Source: Deltaproteobacteria bacterium (GTDB lineage: Bacteria; Desulfobacterota; Desulfobulbia; Desulfobulbales; JAGXFP01). From it: a stretch of 64,000 nucleotides of DNA. Below, in pieces: positions 39,264-49,366 of the stretch. The notes beneath the pieces are model-generated. The model made no database searches. It had not been told where the DNA came from and saw nothing but the letters and a program-made list of their open reading frames with translations. Location: contig JAGVGT010000021.1 in assembly GCA_020056965.1 (NCBI GenBank), positions 30,717 to 94,716 of the forward strand, written 5' to 3'. The stretch's first letter is position 1, and the number at the start of each line of letters is the position of its first letter. The translations under genes were made by a program, and so were the position numbers.

Positions 39264-39983
39264 TTGCAATTGAAAGAGCAAATAAACAATTTAAGAGAGT
39301 TGCAGGAGGTCGATCTCGAAATTGACCGGATCGATGCGGCGATCACTACTGGTGATGAAGAGCTGCAGGAACAGCGCACGTCCATCGAGAAGCTGCAGGG
39401 TGCCATTGCCGAATACCGAGAGAAGCTGGCGCTAGGCGCCGAGCGTCGGCAGCTCCTCGAGTCTGAGGTTCAGGAGGCCCAAGCCCTGATCAAGGACCGT
39501 CAGAACAAGATGATGAAGGTCCAGACCAACCGTGAATACCAGAGTCTTCTCAAGGAGATCGAGGACGCTAAGAATGCCAACCGCCAACGCGAGGAAGAGT
39601 TGGTGCGGCTTCTTGAGCAGGACGAGTATCTCCAGAAAAAGGACGAAGAGCAATCAGCCCTTCTGGTAGGAGAAGAGGCCAGCCTTGCCGAGCAGACTGC
39701 CAGTCGGGAGGCGGAAACGGTCAAGTTTGCTGCCAAACGTCAAAAGATGAATAAAGACCGGGAAGCCAAGGCCAAAAAAATCAAGGCCGATTTGTTACGC
39801 AAATACGAGCTGATTCGGGCCAAGCGTGACGGTTTGGCCATGGCTGGGGTGAATAAAGGCGTCTGTTACGGTTGCTATATGAACGTTCCCCCCCAGCTTT
39901 ATAATGAGTTGCTCCGGGAGGACAAGATGCATATCTGTCCTACCTGTAACCGGATGCTTTATCATAGCCCTGATAAAGAGTAG
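39264..39983 (+). CDS. Coiled-coil protein with C-terminal C4 zinc ribbon (COG1579/DUF164 type)
   Basis: 239 aa with a long heptad-rich region, then CYGCYMNVPPQ…CPTCNRMLY. It follows Nif3 and precedes rnpB. The start is uncertain (TTG at 39264 or 39270). Confidence 0.75.
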   Translation: MQLKEQINNLRELQEVDLEIDRIDAAITTGDEELQEQRTSIEKLQGAIAEYREKLALGAERRQLLESEVQEAQALIKDRQNKMMKVQTNREYQSLLKEIEDAKNANRQREEELVRLLEQDEYLQKKDEEQSALLVGEEASLAEQTASREAETVKFAAKRQKMNKDREAKAKKIKADLLRKYELIRAKRDGLAMAGVNKGVCYGCYMNVPPQLYNELLREDKMHICPTCNRMLYHSPDKE

Positions 39984-40084
39984 GTTTTTGTAGTTGGTGA
40001 GGGTGGGGAATGAGGTGATGATTTCAAGACCACAGTCCCAGGGCGGGAATCTTGCTTTGGGTCCTACCACAATAAATTTTAAGA

Positions 40085-40466
40085 GTTAACTGGTGCGGGT
40101 GCATGATCGCTTCGGCGCAAGCCGGGGAGGAAAGTCCGGACTCCACAGGGCAGGATGGTTCGTAACGCGAACTGAGGGAAACCTCAAGGAAAGTGCCACA
40201 GAAAATATACCGCCTCGGGTTTCTCGAGGTAAGGGTGAAATGGTGAGGTAAGAGCTCACCGCTTTCCTGGTGACAGGAAAGGCATGGTAAACCCCATCCG
40301 GAGCAAGACCAAATAGGGGAACAATCTCGCGTTTCGGCGCGAAACGGGCGGCCCGTCCGTAGTTCCCGGGTAGGTTGCAGGAGGTGCCGGGTGACCGGCA
40401 TCCCAGATAAATGATCATGCCCCTCTTCTGGGGGACAGAATCCGGCTTACAGCCCGCTCCAGTTAT
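40085..40466 (+). ncRNA. rnpB: RNase P RNA, bacterial type A
   Basis: Conserved blocks GGAGGAAAGTCCGGACTCCACAGGGCAG, GTAAGGGTGAAATGGTGAGGTAAGAGCTCACC, GGTAAACCCCATCCGGAGCAAGACCAAATAGGGG and ACAGAATCCGGCTTACAG. P1 pairs AACTGG…CCAGTT. The ends are approximate. Confidence 0.9.
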
Positions 40467-40578
40467 TTTGGTCGTCCTCGCAAAAGCCGCGAGAACGACG
40501 GACAGTGTCAGCCATCCGTTGATTTAGTTTTGGCCAACTTGGCCGATTTGGCTTTTTGCGAGTTCGTTATTTTTCGAT

Positions 40579-41772
40579 ATGTCCAAGGTCGCAGTCATAA
40601 TCCCTGCCGGTGGCTTAGGGCTTCGGATGGCGGCCGGTCGGCCCAAACAGTTTTTAGAACTGGGCGGCTTACCGGTTCTGGCCCGAACCGTGGCGTTGTT
40701 TCGTGAGCTTCCCGAGATCCGCGAGATCATAGTCGCGGCACCTTCCTCGTACCTTCAAGAAACCCGTGAGATGCTGGAGCGCTTTACCCCGGGAGCAGTA
40801 GTCCTGGTGACCGGAGGGGAAACCCGGCAGGAATCAGTGCGGGCCGGGTTAGCTGTGGTCTCCCCGGAAATAGAGCTGGTGGTGGTTCATGATGGTGTCA
40901 GGCCATTGCTTGAACCGAAGTTGGTCAGGGACTGCCTGGCCGCCGCCACCGAAAGCGGAGCAGCAATGTTGGCCATCCCGGTCAAGGACACCGTCAAAGA
41001 GGTGAACGCCGGGATGGTGGTGGCGCGGACGATTGATCGGCAAGACCTGTGGTTGGCGCAAACCCCGCAGGTGGCCCGTCGTGAGCTCCTGGCCGAGGCC
41101 TTTGCTTCGGCACTTCGGGAAGACTTTGTCGGAACCGACGAGGCCGCTCTTCTGGAAAGGATTGGTTGTAAGGTTCGGATTGTCATGGGAGCAGAACGGA
41201 ATCTAAAAATTACCCGGCCCGAGGATTTGGCCCTGGCCTCGGCGCTATTGAAAGAGCGAGCAGCAGTCGTCGGTCCCAGCGCCATCAGGGTAGGCCACGG
41301 TTATGACGCCCATCAACTCGGTCTGGAGCGTCGTCTGGTGCTGGGCGGGGTCGATATTCCTTTCGAGCGCGGCCTGATTGGCCATTCGGATGCCGATGTT
41401 TTGCTGCATGCCCTTTGTGATGCCATGTTGGGCGCGGCTGGACTAGGCGACATTGGTCGCCATTTCCCTGATAGTGACCCGGCCTTAGAGGGTATTTCTA
41501 GTCTCTGCCTGCTGGAAAGGGTTGTTGAGAAATTGTCTGCCCAAGCGTTCAAGCTGCTCAATGCTGATGTCACGGTTGTCGCCCAGCGCCCCAAGCTTTC
41601 GCCATACTTCCCGGCCATGCAGGAAAATATCGCCCGGGTCTGCCTGATTGGGCTGGACTGCATCAACCTTAAGGCGACTACGACCGAGAAAATGGGTTTT
41701 ACCGGCCGGGAAGAGGGAATTGCCGCCCATGCGGTGGTTTTGATTGAGCAAGGCGGGAGCAAGGTTTGGTAA
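40579..41772 (+). CDS. ispDF: Bifunctional IspD/IspF (MEP cytidylyltransferase / MEcPP synthase)
   Basis: 397 aa with the IspD N-terminus (VIIPAGGLGLRM) and the IspF half (RVGHGYDAHQL…IGHSDADVLLHA). Confidence 0.9.
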   Translation: MSKVAVIIPAGGLGLRMAAGRPKQFLELGGLPVLARTVALFRELPEIREIIVAAPSSYLQETREMLERFTPGAVVLVTGGETRQESVRAGLAVVSPEIELVVVHDGVRPLLEPKLVRDCLAAATESGAAMLAIPVKDTVKEVNAGMVVARTIDRQDLWLAQTPQVARRELLAEAFASALREDFVGTDEAALLERIGCKVRIVMGAERNLKITRPEDLALASALLKERAAVVGPSAIRVGHGYDAHQLGLERRLVLGGVDIPFERGLIGHSDADVLLHALCDAMLGAAGLGDIGRHFPDSDPALEGISSLCLLERVVEKLSAQAFKLLNADVTVVAQRPKLSPYFPAMQENIARVCLIGLDCINLKATTTEKMGFTGREEGIAAHAVVLIEQGGSKVW

Positions 41773-41869
41773 GGGCGCAGGGGCTTGATGGTTTCGTATT
41801 TGATCGCCCTGCCCATGCGCGCTCTTTTTCTTGGTTGACTTTATAACTTGCGCACGAGGTTGTCCTTAA

Positions 41870-42571
41870 ATGACTGCTGGATCAAGTAAGATTTGCGTAT
41901 CCATAGCTGAAAATGATTTGTCCCGGGCGCTGGTTCTGGCGCAGGAAGCTACAGCGTTGGCGGATGTTCTGGAGATTCGCCTGGATGTCTTGGCTGTACC
42001 GGATTTTACTCCCTTCCTCGAAAATCTTCCTGGCGCGGCGCTACTTTTTACCTGCCGGCCGGAATGGGAAGGGGGAGGATTTCGAGGCTCCGAGGAGGCC
42101 AGGGTCGAAATACTTGCGGCTGCGGCTGCGGCTGGGGCTGCCTATGTTGATATAGAACTGCGTACCGCTATTGAATTGCGAACCTCGCTGATCAAGAGAG
42201 CCCAGCCGAGTGGTGCCAAGGTCATCGTTTCCTGGCACGATTTCAAAACCACGGCCTCCACGCAGGCGCTGGTGTCAATCCTCCAGGAACAGTGCCGGAG
42301 TGGCGCGGATTGGGGCAAGATTGTCACTACTCCCCGCGATTTTCGCGATGTCCTGCGAGTCCTGAATCTGCAGGACATCGCAGCGGAAATAGGCTTTCCT
42401 CTGTGCGCCATTTGCATGGGAAAAATTGGAGTAATCAGCCGGGTCGCCACCATGGAATTGGGTGGGGTGTTGACTTATGCCGCGCCGGATGGGGGGACAG
42501 TCGCCGCCCCTGGGCAACTGTCGGCTTCCGCGATGCGTAAAATACAGGAGCTTTTGCGTGCCGACGATTGA
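41870..42571 (+). CDS. aroD: 3-dehydroquinate dehydratase, type I
   Basis: 233 aa with the EIRLD motif and a type I-like layout (IVSWHDF, KIV). Confidence 0.8.
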   Translation: MTAGSSKICVSIAENDLSRALVLAQEATALADVLEIRLDVLAVPDFTPFLENLPGAALLFTCRPEWEGGGFRGSEEARVEILAAAAAAGAAYVDIELRTAIELRTSLIKRAQPSGAKVIVSWHDFKTTASTQALVSILQEQCRSGADWGKIVTTPRDFRDVLRVLNLQDIAAEIGFPLCAICMGKIGVISRVATMELGGVLTYAAPDGGTVAAPGQLSASAMRKIQELLRADD

Positions 42572-43382
42572 CGGACTAACCGAGATATACGGGATCATGG
42601 GTCTCCCGGTTGCGCATAGCCTCAGCCCGGCCATGCACAATCGGGCCTTTGCCGAATTAAACTTGAATAAAGTATATCTTCCCTTCCCTGTCACTGAAGT
42701 CGAGGCGGCGCTCAAAGGTTTTAGGGCGCTGGGAGTGCGGGGCGTAAGTGTCACCATCCCCCATAAGCAGGCGGTTATTCCCTTTCTCGATTCCGTCGAT
42801 CCGGTGGCAGCCGCCATCGGGGCGGTCAATACCTTGGTAATTGGCGCCGAGCGCATCCACGGCCTCAATACCGATTGGTTGGGGGCCACTCGGGCCTTGG
42901 CTCAAGTCATGGAGCTGCCCGGACGGCGAGTCTTGTTGCTGGGGGCTGGTGGTTCGGCCCGGGCCATCGGTTTCGGTTTAAAGGAAAGGGGCGTCGAGGT
43001 GGTCCTGGCCAGCCGGACTCCCGAACGCGGACAGCAGTTGGCCAAAGATCTGGCCTGTGAATGGCACGATTTGCGTGACGTTGCCGGGATCAGCGCCGAG
43101 GCCCTGGTCAATGCCACCTCGGTTGGCATGGCCCCGGAGATTGAGCGGTTGCCGGCTCCGGCCTTGGATCTTTCGGCCTTCCGGGTAGTCATGGATATTG
43201 TCTATTCTCCGCTCGAAACCAGGTTGTTGCGGGAGGCCGCCCAGGCTGGCTGCCTGGTCGTGAACGGCCTGGAGATGTTGCTCTTCCAAGGTGCGGCCCA
43301 GTTTGAAATCTGGACCGGTAAAGAGGCGCCGCTGGCAGTGATGCGAAGTGAGCTGCTAGGCCGGATTCCCAAAAGCGAGTGA
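42558..43382 (+). CDS. aroE: Shikimate dehydrogenase
   Basis: GTG at 42558 after CAGGAG. Motifs SLSPAMHN, GVSVTIPHK, NTDW and GAGGSARA are present. It overlaps the end of aroD by 14 nt. Confidence 0.85.
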   Translation: MPTIDGLTEIYGIMGLPVAHSLSPAMHNRAFAELNLNKVYLPFPVTEVEAALKGFRALGVRGVSVTIPHKQAVIPFLDSVDPVAAAIGAVNTLVIGAERIHGLNTDWLGATRALAQVMELPGRRVLLLGAGGSARAIGFGLKERGVEVVLASRTPERGQQLAKDLACEWHDLRDVAGISAEALVNATSVGMAPEIERLPAPALDLSAFRVVMDIVYSPLETRLLREAAQAGCLVVNGLEMLLFQGAAQFEIWTGKEAPLAVMRSELLGRIPKSE

Positions 43383-43385
43383 CCC

Positions 43386-44666
43386 ATGAAAGAAATTGCC
43401 CCGCGCCAGAAAATTGAAGCGATTATCCGGGTACCCGGTTCCAAGAGCATCACCCAGCGTGCCTTGATTGCCGCCGCTTTGGCGGAGGGGAATAGTCGTC
43501 TCATTGGTCCCCTGGCCAGCGAAGACACCAAATATACCGCCAAGGCCTTGCGGGCCATGGGAATCAAGGTTCTGGACAAAGATTCAGACTGGATCATAAC
43601 CGGTTGTGGCGGCCGAATTATGTCGCCGCGGCGGGAAATTTTCCTCGGAAATAACGGTACCGCCACCCGTTTTCTCACCTCCGTTGCCGCCTTGGGGCAT
43701 GGGGTATTCACCATCAACGGCAGCAAACGCATGACGGAGCGGCCCATCCGGCCCCTGATGGAGGCTTTGGCGGGTTGGGGGGTGGCGATTCGCAGCCTCC
43801 ATGATACGGGTTGTCCGCCCTTGGAAATCAGGGCCGCCGGCATTATTGGCGGTAAAACTCTGCTCCCCGAGGGTAAGAGCAGTCAGTATCTCTCGTCTTT
43901 ACTGCTGGTGGCGCCCTATGCGGTTCATCCCGCAAGTCTCGAGGTCGCCGGGGAAATCCTGTCGAAACCGTACGTGCATATGACTTTGGCGGTAATGAAG
44001 GAGTTTGGTGTCAAGGTCAAAGCCAGCCGTAACCTCGACCATTTCGAAATTCCGTCCGGTAAATATAGCCCCAGAGAGTACCGGATCGAGGGTGACGCCT
44101 CCAGCGCCTCTTATTTTTGGGCGGCGGCGGCGGTGACCGGCGGTCGGGTGACAGTGGCCAATGTGCCGGAATGCTCTCTGCAGGGTGATGCCGAACTGGT
44201 GGAGATCCTGGCCAGGATGGGTTGCCGGGTGGAAAAATCCGGCGTCGGCATCACGGTTCAGGGTCCGCAAGATCTTAATGGCATTGAGGTGGATATGGGC
44301 AACTGCCCTGATGTGGTGCCGACCCTGGCCGTGGTTGCGGCCCGAGCCCAAGGGCGGACGGTGATCAGTAATATTGCCCATCTGCGGATCAAGGAATGTG
44401 ATCGGCTCCACGTGATGGCCACCGAACTTGCCAAGCTGGGCGTCAAGGTTGAAGAACGGCCGGATGCCTTGATCATTGATGGTCAGGGGAGCAAGGCCGA
44501 GCTGCACGGTGCTGAGATCAAAACTTACAAGGACCACCGTATTGCCATGAGCTTTGCGGTGGCTGGCCTGTACGTCCCCGGTGTGAAGGTGCTGGGCGAG
44601 GAATGCGTAGGGAAATCTTTTCCTGATTTTTGGGAAAGATTTGCTGAGCTTTACGTAAAATCCTAA
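43386..44666 (+). CDS. aroA: 3-phosphoshikimate 1-carboxyvinyltransferase (EPSP synthase)
   Basis: 426 aa with PGSKSITQRAL, LGNNGTATRFL and KECDRL. Confidence 0.95.
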   Translation: MKEIAPRQKIEAIIRVPGSKSITQRALIAAALAEGNSRLIGPLASEDTKYTAKALRAMGIKVLDKDSDWIITGCGGRIMSPRREIFLGNNGTATRFLTSVAALGHGVFTINGSKRMTERPIRPLMEALAGWGVAIRSLHDTGCPPLEIRAAGIIGGKTLLPEGKSSQYLSSLLLVAPYAVHPASLEVAGEILSKPYVHMTLAVMKEFGVKVKASRNLDHFEIPSGKYSPREYRIEGDASSASYFWAAAAVTGGRVTVANVPECSLQGDAELVEILARMGCRVEKSGVGITVQGPQDLNGIEVDMGNCPDVVPTLAVVAARAQGRTVISNIAHLRIKECDRLHVMATELAKLGVKVEERPDALIIDGQGSKAELHGAEIKTYKDHRIAMSFAVAGLYVPGVKVLGEECVGKSFPDFWERFAELYVKS

Positions 44667-44678
44667 GAAGGAAGAAAT

Positions 44679-45035
44679 TCAGGCTGGTTTGGTCTGCTCA
44701 TTGAAGGCCTTGAGGAAATCACGAAGTATGACCATTCCTTCCGGCCGGACATCAATAAATTCGACGCCGGCGCAATGGGACTCGGTTGTACAGGATTTGC
44801 AGTGCGCCACCCGCCCCCTGAACTCGAATAGGTTGTTGCGCAGACCGATGGTAATCAGGAGTTGTTGCCCCATTGCCAAAGGGACATGCGTTTCCAAAAG
44901 GATGCCTTTCTCGCTGACATTCAAGGTTCTGGCCATGGCGCGTTCAATTTCCCGGCCGGACTCATCCACGAGGACGTAATCAAGCAGGTTGAGAGTATCC
45001 CTGCGAGTGCTGCTGCGATTTTCAATCCCACTCAT
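44679..45035 (-). CDS. PilZ-domain protein
   Basis: 118 aa with RSSTR (RxxxR) and NVSEKG (N-x-S-x-x-G). Confidence 0.65.
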   Translation of the reverse strand: MSGIENRSSTRRDTLNLLDYVLVDESGREIERAMARTLNVSEKGILLETHVPLAMGQQLLITIGLRNNLFEFRGRVAHCKSCTTESHCAGVEFIDVRPEGMVILRDFLKAFNEQTKPA

Positions 45036-45189
45036 CGGCCTTAATTACCATGTTTGAATTAGTATGAATGGTTTAGTTTATTTATCCAAATCATTCAATG
45101 TTTATTAGGACGATATTGTTGGAGATTTTGCTGTTCGCCCTGTTCGCGAGACGCTATGAACCTGCATAAATTTGTCCGCGATTCCACGT

Positions 45190-46818
45190 TTATTCCAGGC
45201 CTGCTGCCCGCAAGATTGCCCGGACTTCCGGGGCGTCATCGTCAACAATTGCTTCAACCTCGGGATGGCCGGACAGGTGGCGAAGCATGGTTCCGGACAG
45301 ATGTTTGCCAAGTTGCACCCCCTCCTGATCAAAAGAATTGATGTTCCAGATGAAGCCCTGAAAGGCAATCTTGGTTTCGTAAATGGCCAGTAGTTCACCC
45401 ATGGTGCCGGGGGTCAAGCGCTCGGCCAGGAGCAGTGAACTGGGGCGGTTGCCCGGGAAAGCCCGATTGGGGTTGGTATCAGCTTTGCCGCTGGCCAGGG
45501 CCAGGACCTGGGCCAGCAGGTTGGCAACCAGCTTTTCCTGGGAGGTGGAATGTTCGATCTCCAGGTCTTCGTTGTACTGATTTTGGAGGAAGCCAATGAA
45601 TTCGGTGGGAACTATGGTGGTGCCTTGGTGGAGTAACTGATAGAAGGCGTGCTGCCCGTTGGTGCCGGGTTCACCCCAGACAATCGGTCCGGTCTGGTAG
45701 TTTACCTTTTCGCCGTGCCGGTTTATCGACTTGCCGTTGCTTTCCATATCACACTGCTGCAGGTGGGCGACGAAACGGATCAGGGCTTGGCTGTAGGGCA
45801 GGACCGCCAGGGTTGGGTAGTTTAGAAAGTTGCGGTTCCAGATGCCCAGCAAAGCCAGCAACAATGGCAGGTTCTTGCGAATGTCCGGTTGTTCAGCCGC
45901 CAGGTCCACCCGCGAAGCGCCCTGGAGGAATTCCCGGAAATTTTCGTAACCAATGGCGAAGCCCAGAAGCAACCCACCGACCATGGAAGTTACGCTGTAG
46001 CGGCCCCCGATGTAGTCGAACATGTGGAAGGTGCGTAGGTACCTTTTTGGGTCATCCATGGGGCTGCCGGCCCCGGTGACGGCCAGAAAATGGCGGCTTG
46101 GTTCCAGCCCGGCTCGGCGGTAAGCATTGCGGACCAGTTCTTCGTTGGTCATGGTCTCCAGAGTGGTTCCGCTCTTCGAGACGACATTGACCAGAGTGTG
46201 GCTGAGGTCAAGCTCCCGGAGAACGGCCGCGGCGTCGTCTGGATCAACATTTGAAATGAAATGCACTCGGCGCTGGTCAAGCCGGAATGCGCTGAGGGCC
46301 ATGTAAATAGCCCGGGGTCCCAAGTCGGAGCCGCCGATCCCCACATTGATCAGATCGGTGAAAGGTTCGCCTTTGGAGTTGGTGATGCGGCCGCCGTCCA
46401 AGTCGTCCAGGAATATCTTGAGTTTGTCGCATTCCTTGCGGGCCTGCGCGGTGGCTTCGGGGTGATCCGGGTCGGGTCGAAACAAGTCGCGGCCGGCGGT
46501 ATGTAAAACCTGGCGATTTTCCGAGGGCCAGCCGACTATTCTGTTAAGGACTGCGCCTCGTTTCATGCGTAAAAACTGGCCGGTTGCCTCACTCTGATCG
46601 GCCAGTTCTTGGAGCGTGGTTAGTGTGCTTTCGTCGATTCTCTGAGTGGCGTAAAGCAATTTGAAGCTGGCTGTTCGACAGGTGAAGGCGGCGATGCGGG
46701 CAGGGGTCAGGGCGTTGGGGGTGTTTAAGCTAAAAGGCCTCTCGGCCAAAGACTTTAAGGCACCCCAAGCGGGAAGTTGATCGGGGGCGTGGTATAAATC
46801 GTCCATGCGGTTTCCCAC
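45190..46818 (-). CDS. pgi: Glucose-6-phosphate isomerase
   Basis: 542 aa with GIGGSDLGP, SKSGTTLET and the PGI family signature region. Confidence 0.9.
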   Translation of the reverse strand: MGNRMDDLYHAPDQLPAWGALKSLAERPFSLNTPNALTPARIAAFTCRTASFKLLYATQRIDESTLTTLQELADQSEATGQFLRMKRGAVLNRIVGWPSENRQVLHTAGRDLFRPDPDHPEATAQARKECDKLKIFLDDLDGGRITNSKGEPFTDLINVGIGGSDLGPRAIYMALSAFRLDQRRVHFISNVDPDDAAAVLRELDLSHTLVNVVSKSGTTLETMTNEELVRNAYRRAGLEPSRHFLAVTGAGSPMDDPKRYLRTFHMFDYIGGRYSVTSMVGGLLLGFAIGYENFREFLQGASRVDLAAEQPDIRKNLPLLLALLGIWNRNFLNYPTLAVLPYSQALIRFVAHLQQCDMESNGKSINRHGEKVNYQTGPIVWGEPGTNGQHAFYQLLHQGTTIVPTEFIGFLQNQYNEDLEIEHSTSQEKLVANLLAQVLALASGKADTNPNRAFPGNRPSSLLLAERLTPGTMGELLAIYETKIAFQGFIWNINSFDQEGVQLGKHLSGTMLRHLSGHPEVEAIVDDDAPEVRAILRAAGLE

Positions 46819-47019
46819 TCCTGAAATTATCTGCCGCTGTAAACGGAAGGATGCAATTGATGGCTGATTATATTACGCTTTCGGTCAAATTCGCCTATCT
46901 TTTTGCGGGATAGTGGTGGAAAAGGTTTGGTCGGTACCCCGGTCGATAAAGGTGGGTTCCGCTCTGGCACGGCGATCCTGGTTGCCAGATTTTCTGAGGG
47001 AGCGGTGAGGAAAGCGATA

Positions 47020-48825
47020 ATGATTAATAATCTGCTTTATATTTTGGTGGTGATTGTCGCCCTTGAGACGCGGGAGATAACCATTGCGCCGGGCCTGCCA
47101 TGGTTGCAGGCCTTGACGTTTTTTTTGCTCAAGGGTGTGTTCTTCTGGTTATCGCTACGTTTGTACCGGGTTATCCGAAAAATACGGGGCTCGGCGGATT
47201 ATTTTCGAGCGGAGAGCACTCTTTCTGCTTTGGCGGTCCTGGTATTTCTAGGCGATGTCTACCTACTCGACCTGCATTATTATCTTGGGTTTTTGCCATT
47301 CATTAAACAGATGCCGATGTTGGCCAGCCTCGTCGGTCTGGCGTTGTTCTATCTCTACCTGAGCCTGGTTTGGCTCATGTTACGTAAGGATTATGAAAAC
47401 GTCTTCACGGTAATTCGCCCCCCCCACGCTTTTCTGGGTGAGCAGTTCAGGAATTCCGCGGTAGTGGCGATGCCTTGGCTGATGTTATCGCTTTTATACG
47501 GTTTTCTTGTTCTGGTGCCGATCCCAGCCTGGCAGATGTTCCTCTCGGGAGATTGGGGCGAACTGGTGATCTTTGTTGGCTATCTCATGACTTTGCCGTA
47601 CTGGTTCCCTGGGTTTCTGGCGAAGATGATGGGATGCCAACCGTTGCCGCCTGGAGAAGAACGGCGGCGGATTGAGACTTTCTGCCTGCGGCAGCGCATT
47701 GTCTTTGGGGAAATCTATTCCTGGCCGTTATTTGGGGGCAGGGTCTTATCGGCCGGAGTCTTGGGCTTTGCCGGGAGATTCCGCTACCTCCTTTTGACTC
47801 CTGCCTTGCTCGAGGTGGCGAAGACCGAGGAATTGGAGGCGGTAATCGCCCACGAAATCGGCCATGTCAAAAAACACCATCTTCTCCTCTACCTCTTGTT
47901 GTTCATGGCCTTCGGGATGTTTCTCCAATTCGGTTTGGAACCTATGCTGCAGGCATTTATGGGGGCAGAATTTTTCTTGGTACTGCTTTTTGATTTTGAG
48001 GGTGCTCCAGCGGCACTGGCGCCTTTTATTGCCGGGATCCCTCTGCTGGTTACACTCCTGCTTTATGTGCGTTTTATTTTCGGGTTTTTCATGAGGAATT
48101 TTGAACGCCAGGCGGATCTCTACTCGTACCGGGTCATGGGTGGGGCCGGGCCACTGGCCAGCATCCTGGAGAAGATCGCCTGGCTGGGTGGGAATATTCG
48201 TGAACGTCCCAATTGGCATCATTTCGGCATTGGTCAGAGGGTGGACTACCTGAAGGATTGCGAAGTGGGGAAGCGAAAACCTTTCTGGCATGAGTTCAAG
48301 GTTTACAGCGCCCTCGGTGCTTTCGCATTAGTTTTTATAGGAGTGTTAATAACTACTTGGCAGCTTAGTAATTATTTGAATCTTACAGCCCGGCCCGGGG
48401 CGGAGTTTGCGGAGGGGTTTGTGGCCCGCAAGGTTGAAACCGAACCCGACAACCCCCTCTGGCTTCACCTGCAGGGTGACATGTTGGCAGGGCAAAAGCG
48501 CTATGACGAGGCGGTGGCTGCTTACGAAAAGAGTCTGTCGTTTCAACCGAACAACCCTGAGGCCCTGAACAACCTGGCCTGGTTGTATCTGACCGCCGAG
48601 AAAAAGGGGTGGCGCGACCCGGTCCGGGCCTTGGAGCTGGCGCGAAAGGCTACGGCGATCAACGCCCGCAGTCATATCCTGGATACCTTGGCTGAGGCGC
48701 AGTGGCAGACCGGCGATTCTTCCCAGGCAGTGGCGACCGAGCGTCGGGCGCTTGACGGTGCCCGTGAAAATCGGGAGTATTACCGGGGCCAACTGGAAAA
48801 ATTTCAAGCCGGGCCATTTTCCTAA
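47020..48825 (+). CDS. M48-family zinc metallopeptidase with multi-TM N-terminus and C-terminal TPR repeats
   Basis: ATG at 47020 after GTGAGGA. HEIGH motif (VIAHEIGHVKKHH) and TPR-like C-terminus (AYEKSLSFQPNNPEALNNLAWLYL). Confidence 0.8.
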   Translation: MINNLLYILVVIVALETREITIAPGLPWLQALTFFLLKGVFFWLSLRLYRVIRKIRGSADYFRAESTLSALAVLVFLGDVYLLDLHYYLGFLPFIKQMPMLASLVGLALFYLYLSLVWLMLRKDYENVFTVIRPPHAFLGEQFRNSAVVAMPWLMLSLLYGFLVLVPIPAWQMFLSGDWGELVIFVGYLMTLPYWFPGFLAKMMGCQPLPPGEERRRIETFCLRQRIVFGEIYSWPLFGGRVLSAGVLGFAGRFRYLLLTPALLEVAKTEELEAVIAHEIGHVKKHHLLLYLLLFMAFGMFLQFGLEPMLQAFMGAEFFLVLLFDFEGAPAALAPFIAGIPLLVTLLLYVRFIFGFFMRNFERQADLYSYRVMGGAGPLASILEKIAWLGGNIRERPNWHHFGIGQRVDYLKDCEVGKRKPFWHEFKVYSALGAFALVFIGVLITTWQLSNYLNLTARPGAEFAEGFVARKVETEPDNPLWLHLQGDMLAGQKRYDEAVAAYEKSLSFQPNNPEALNNLAWLYLTAEKKGWRDPVRALELARKATAINARSHILDTLAEAQWQTGDSSQAVATERRALDGARENREYYRGQLEKFQAGPFS

Positions 48826-48836
48826 AAGGAGCAAGA

Positions 48837-49358
48837 GTGGTGGAGCGGGGAATCGTCATCATCAATACCGGCAACGGCAAAGGTAAAACCACCGCTGCCT
48901 TCGGGCAGGCCTTGCGGGTGGCTGGACACGGTATGCGGGTCTGCATCATCCAGTTCATCAAGGGGCAGTGGGTGACCGGCGAGGGGAAGGCTGTAAAATT
49001 GTTGGGGGGCCGAATTGAATTGCATGTCTGTGGGACCGGCTTTACCTGGCAGGCGGACCGTGAGCAAGTGATCGAGGCGGCGCTGGTCGGCTGGCGCCTG
49101 GCGCGGGAGAAAATTTCGGCCGGAGCCTACCGGCTGGTGGTGCTGGATGAGTTGACCTATCTGATTAACTACGGGATAATCAGTGAGGATGAGGTTAGGG
49201 AGGTACTGTCGTCTCGCCCGGAGGGGGTGGATATTGTCATCACTGGCCGTGAGGCTGGAGATGGTTTGATTGCCGTGGCTGACTTGGTCACCGAGATGCG
49301 CGAAATTAAACATCACTACCGACAGGGAGTGGCGGCGAGAAAGGGGCGTGAATTCTGA
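48837..49358 (+). CDS. cobO: Cob(I)yrinic acid a,c-diamide adenosyltransferase
   Basis: 173 aa with a GTG start after AAAGGAG. P-loop NTGNGKGKTTAAFG and DELTY are present. Confidence 0.85.
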   Translation: MVERGIVIINTGNGKGKTTAAFGQALRVAGHGMRVCIIQFIKGQWVTGEGKAVKLLGGRIELHVCGTGFTWQADREQVIEAALVGWRLAREKISAGAYRLVVLDELTYLINYGIISEDEVREVLSSRPEGVDIVITGREAGDGLIAVADLVTEMREIKHHYRQGVAARKGREF

Positions 49359-49366
49359 GGGCAAAG

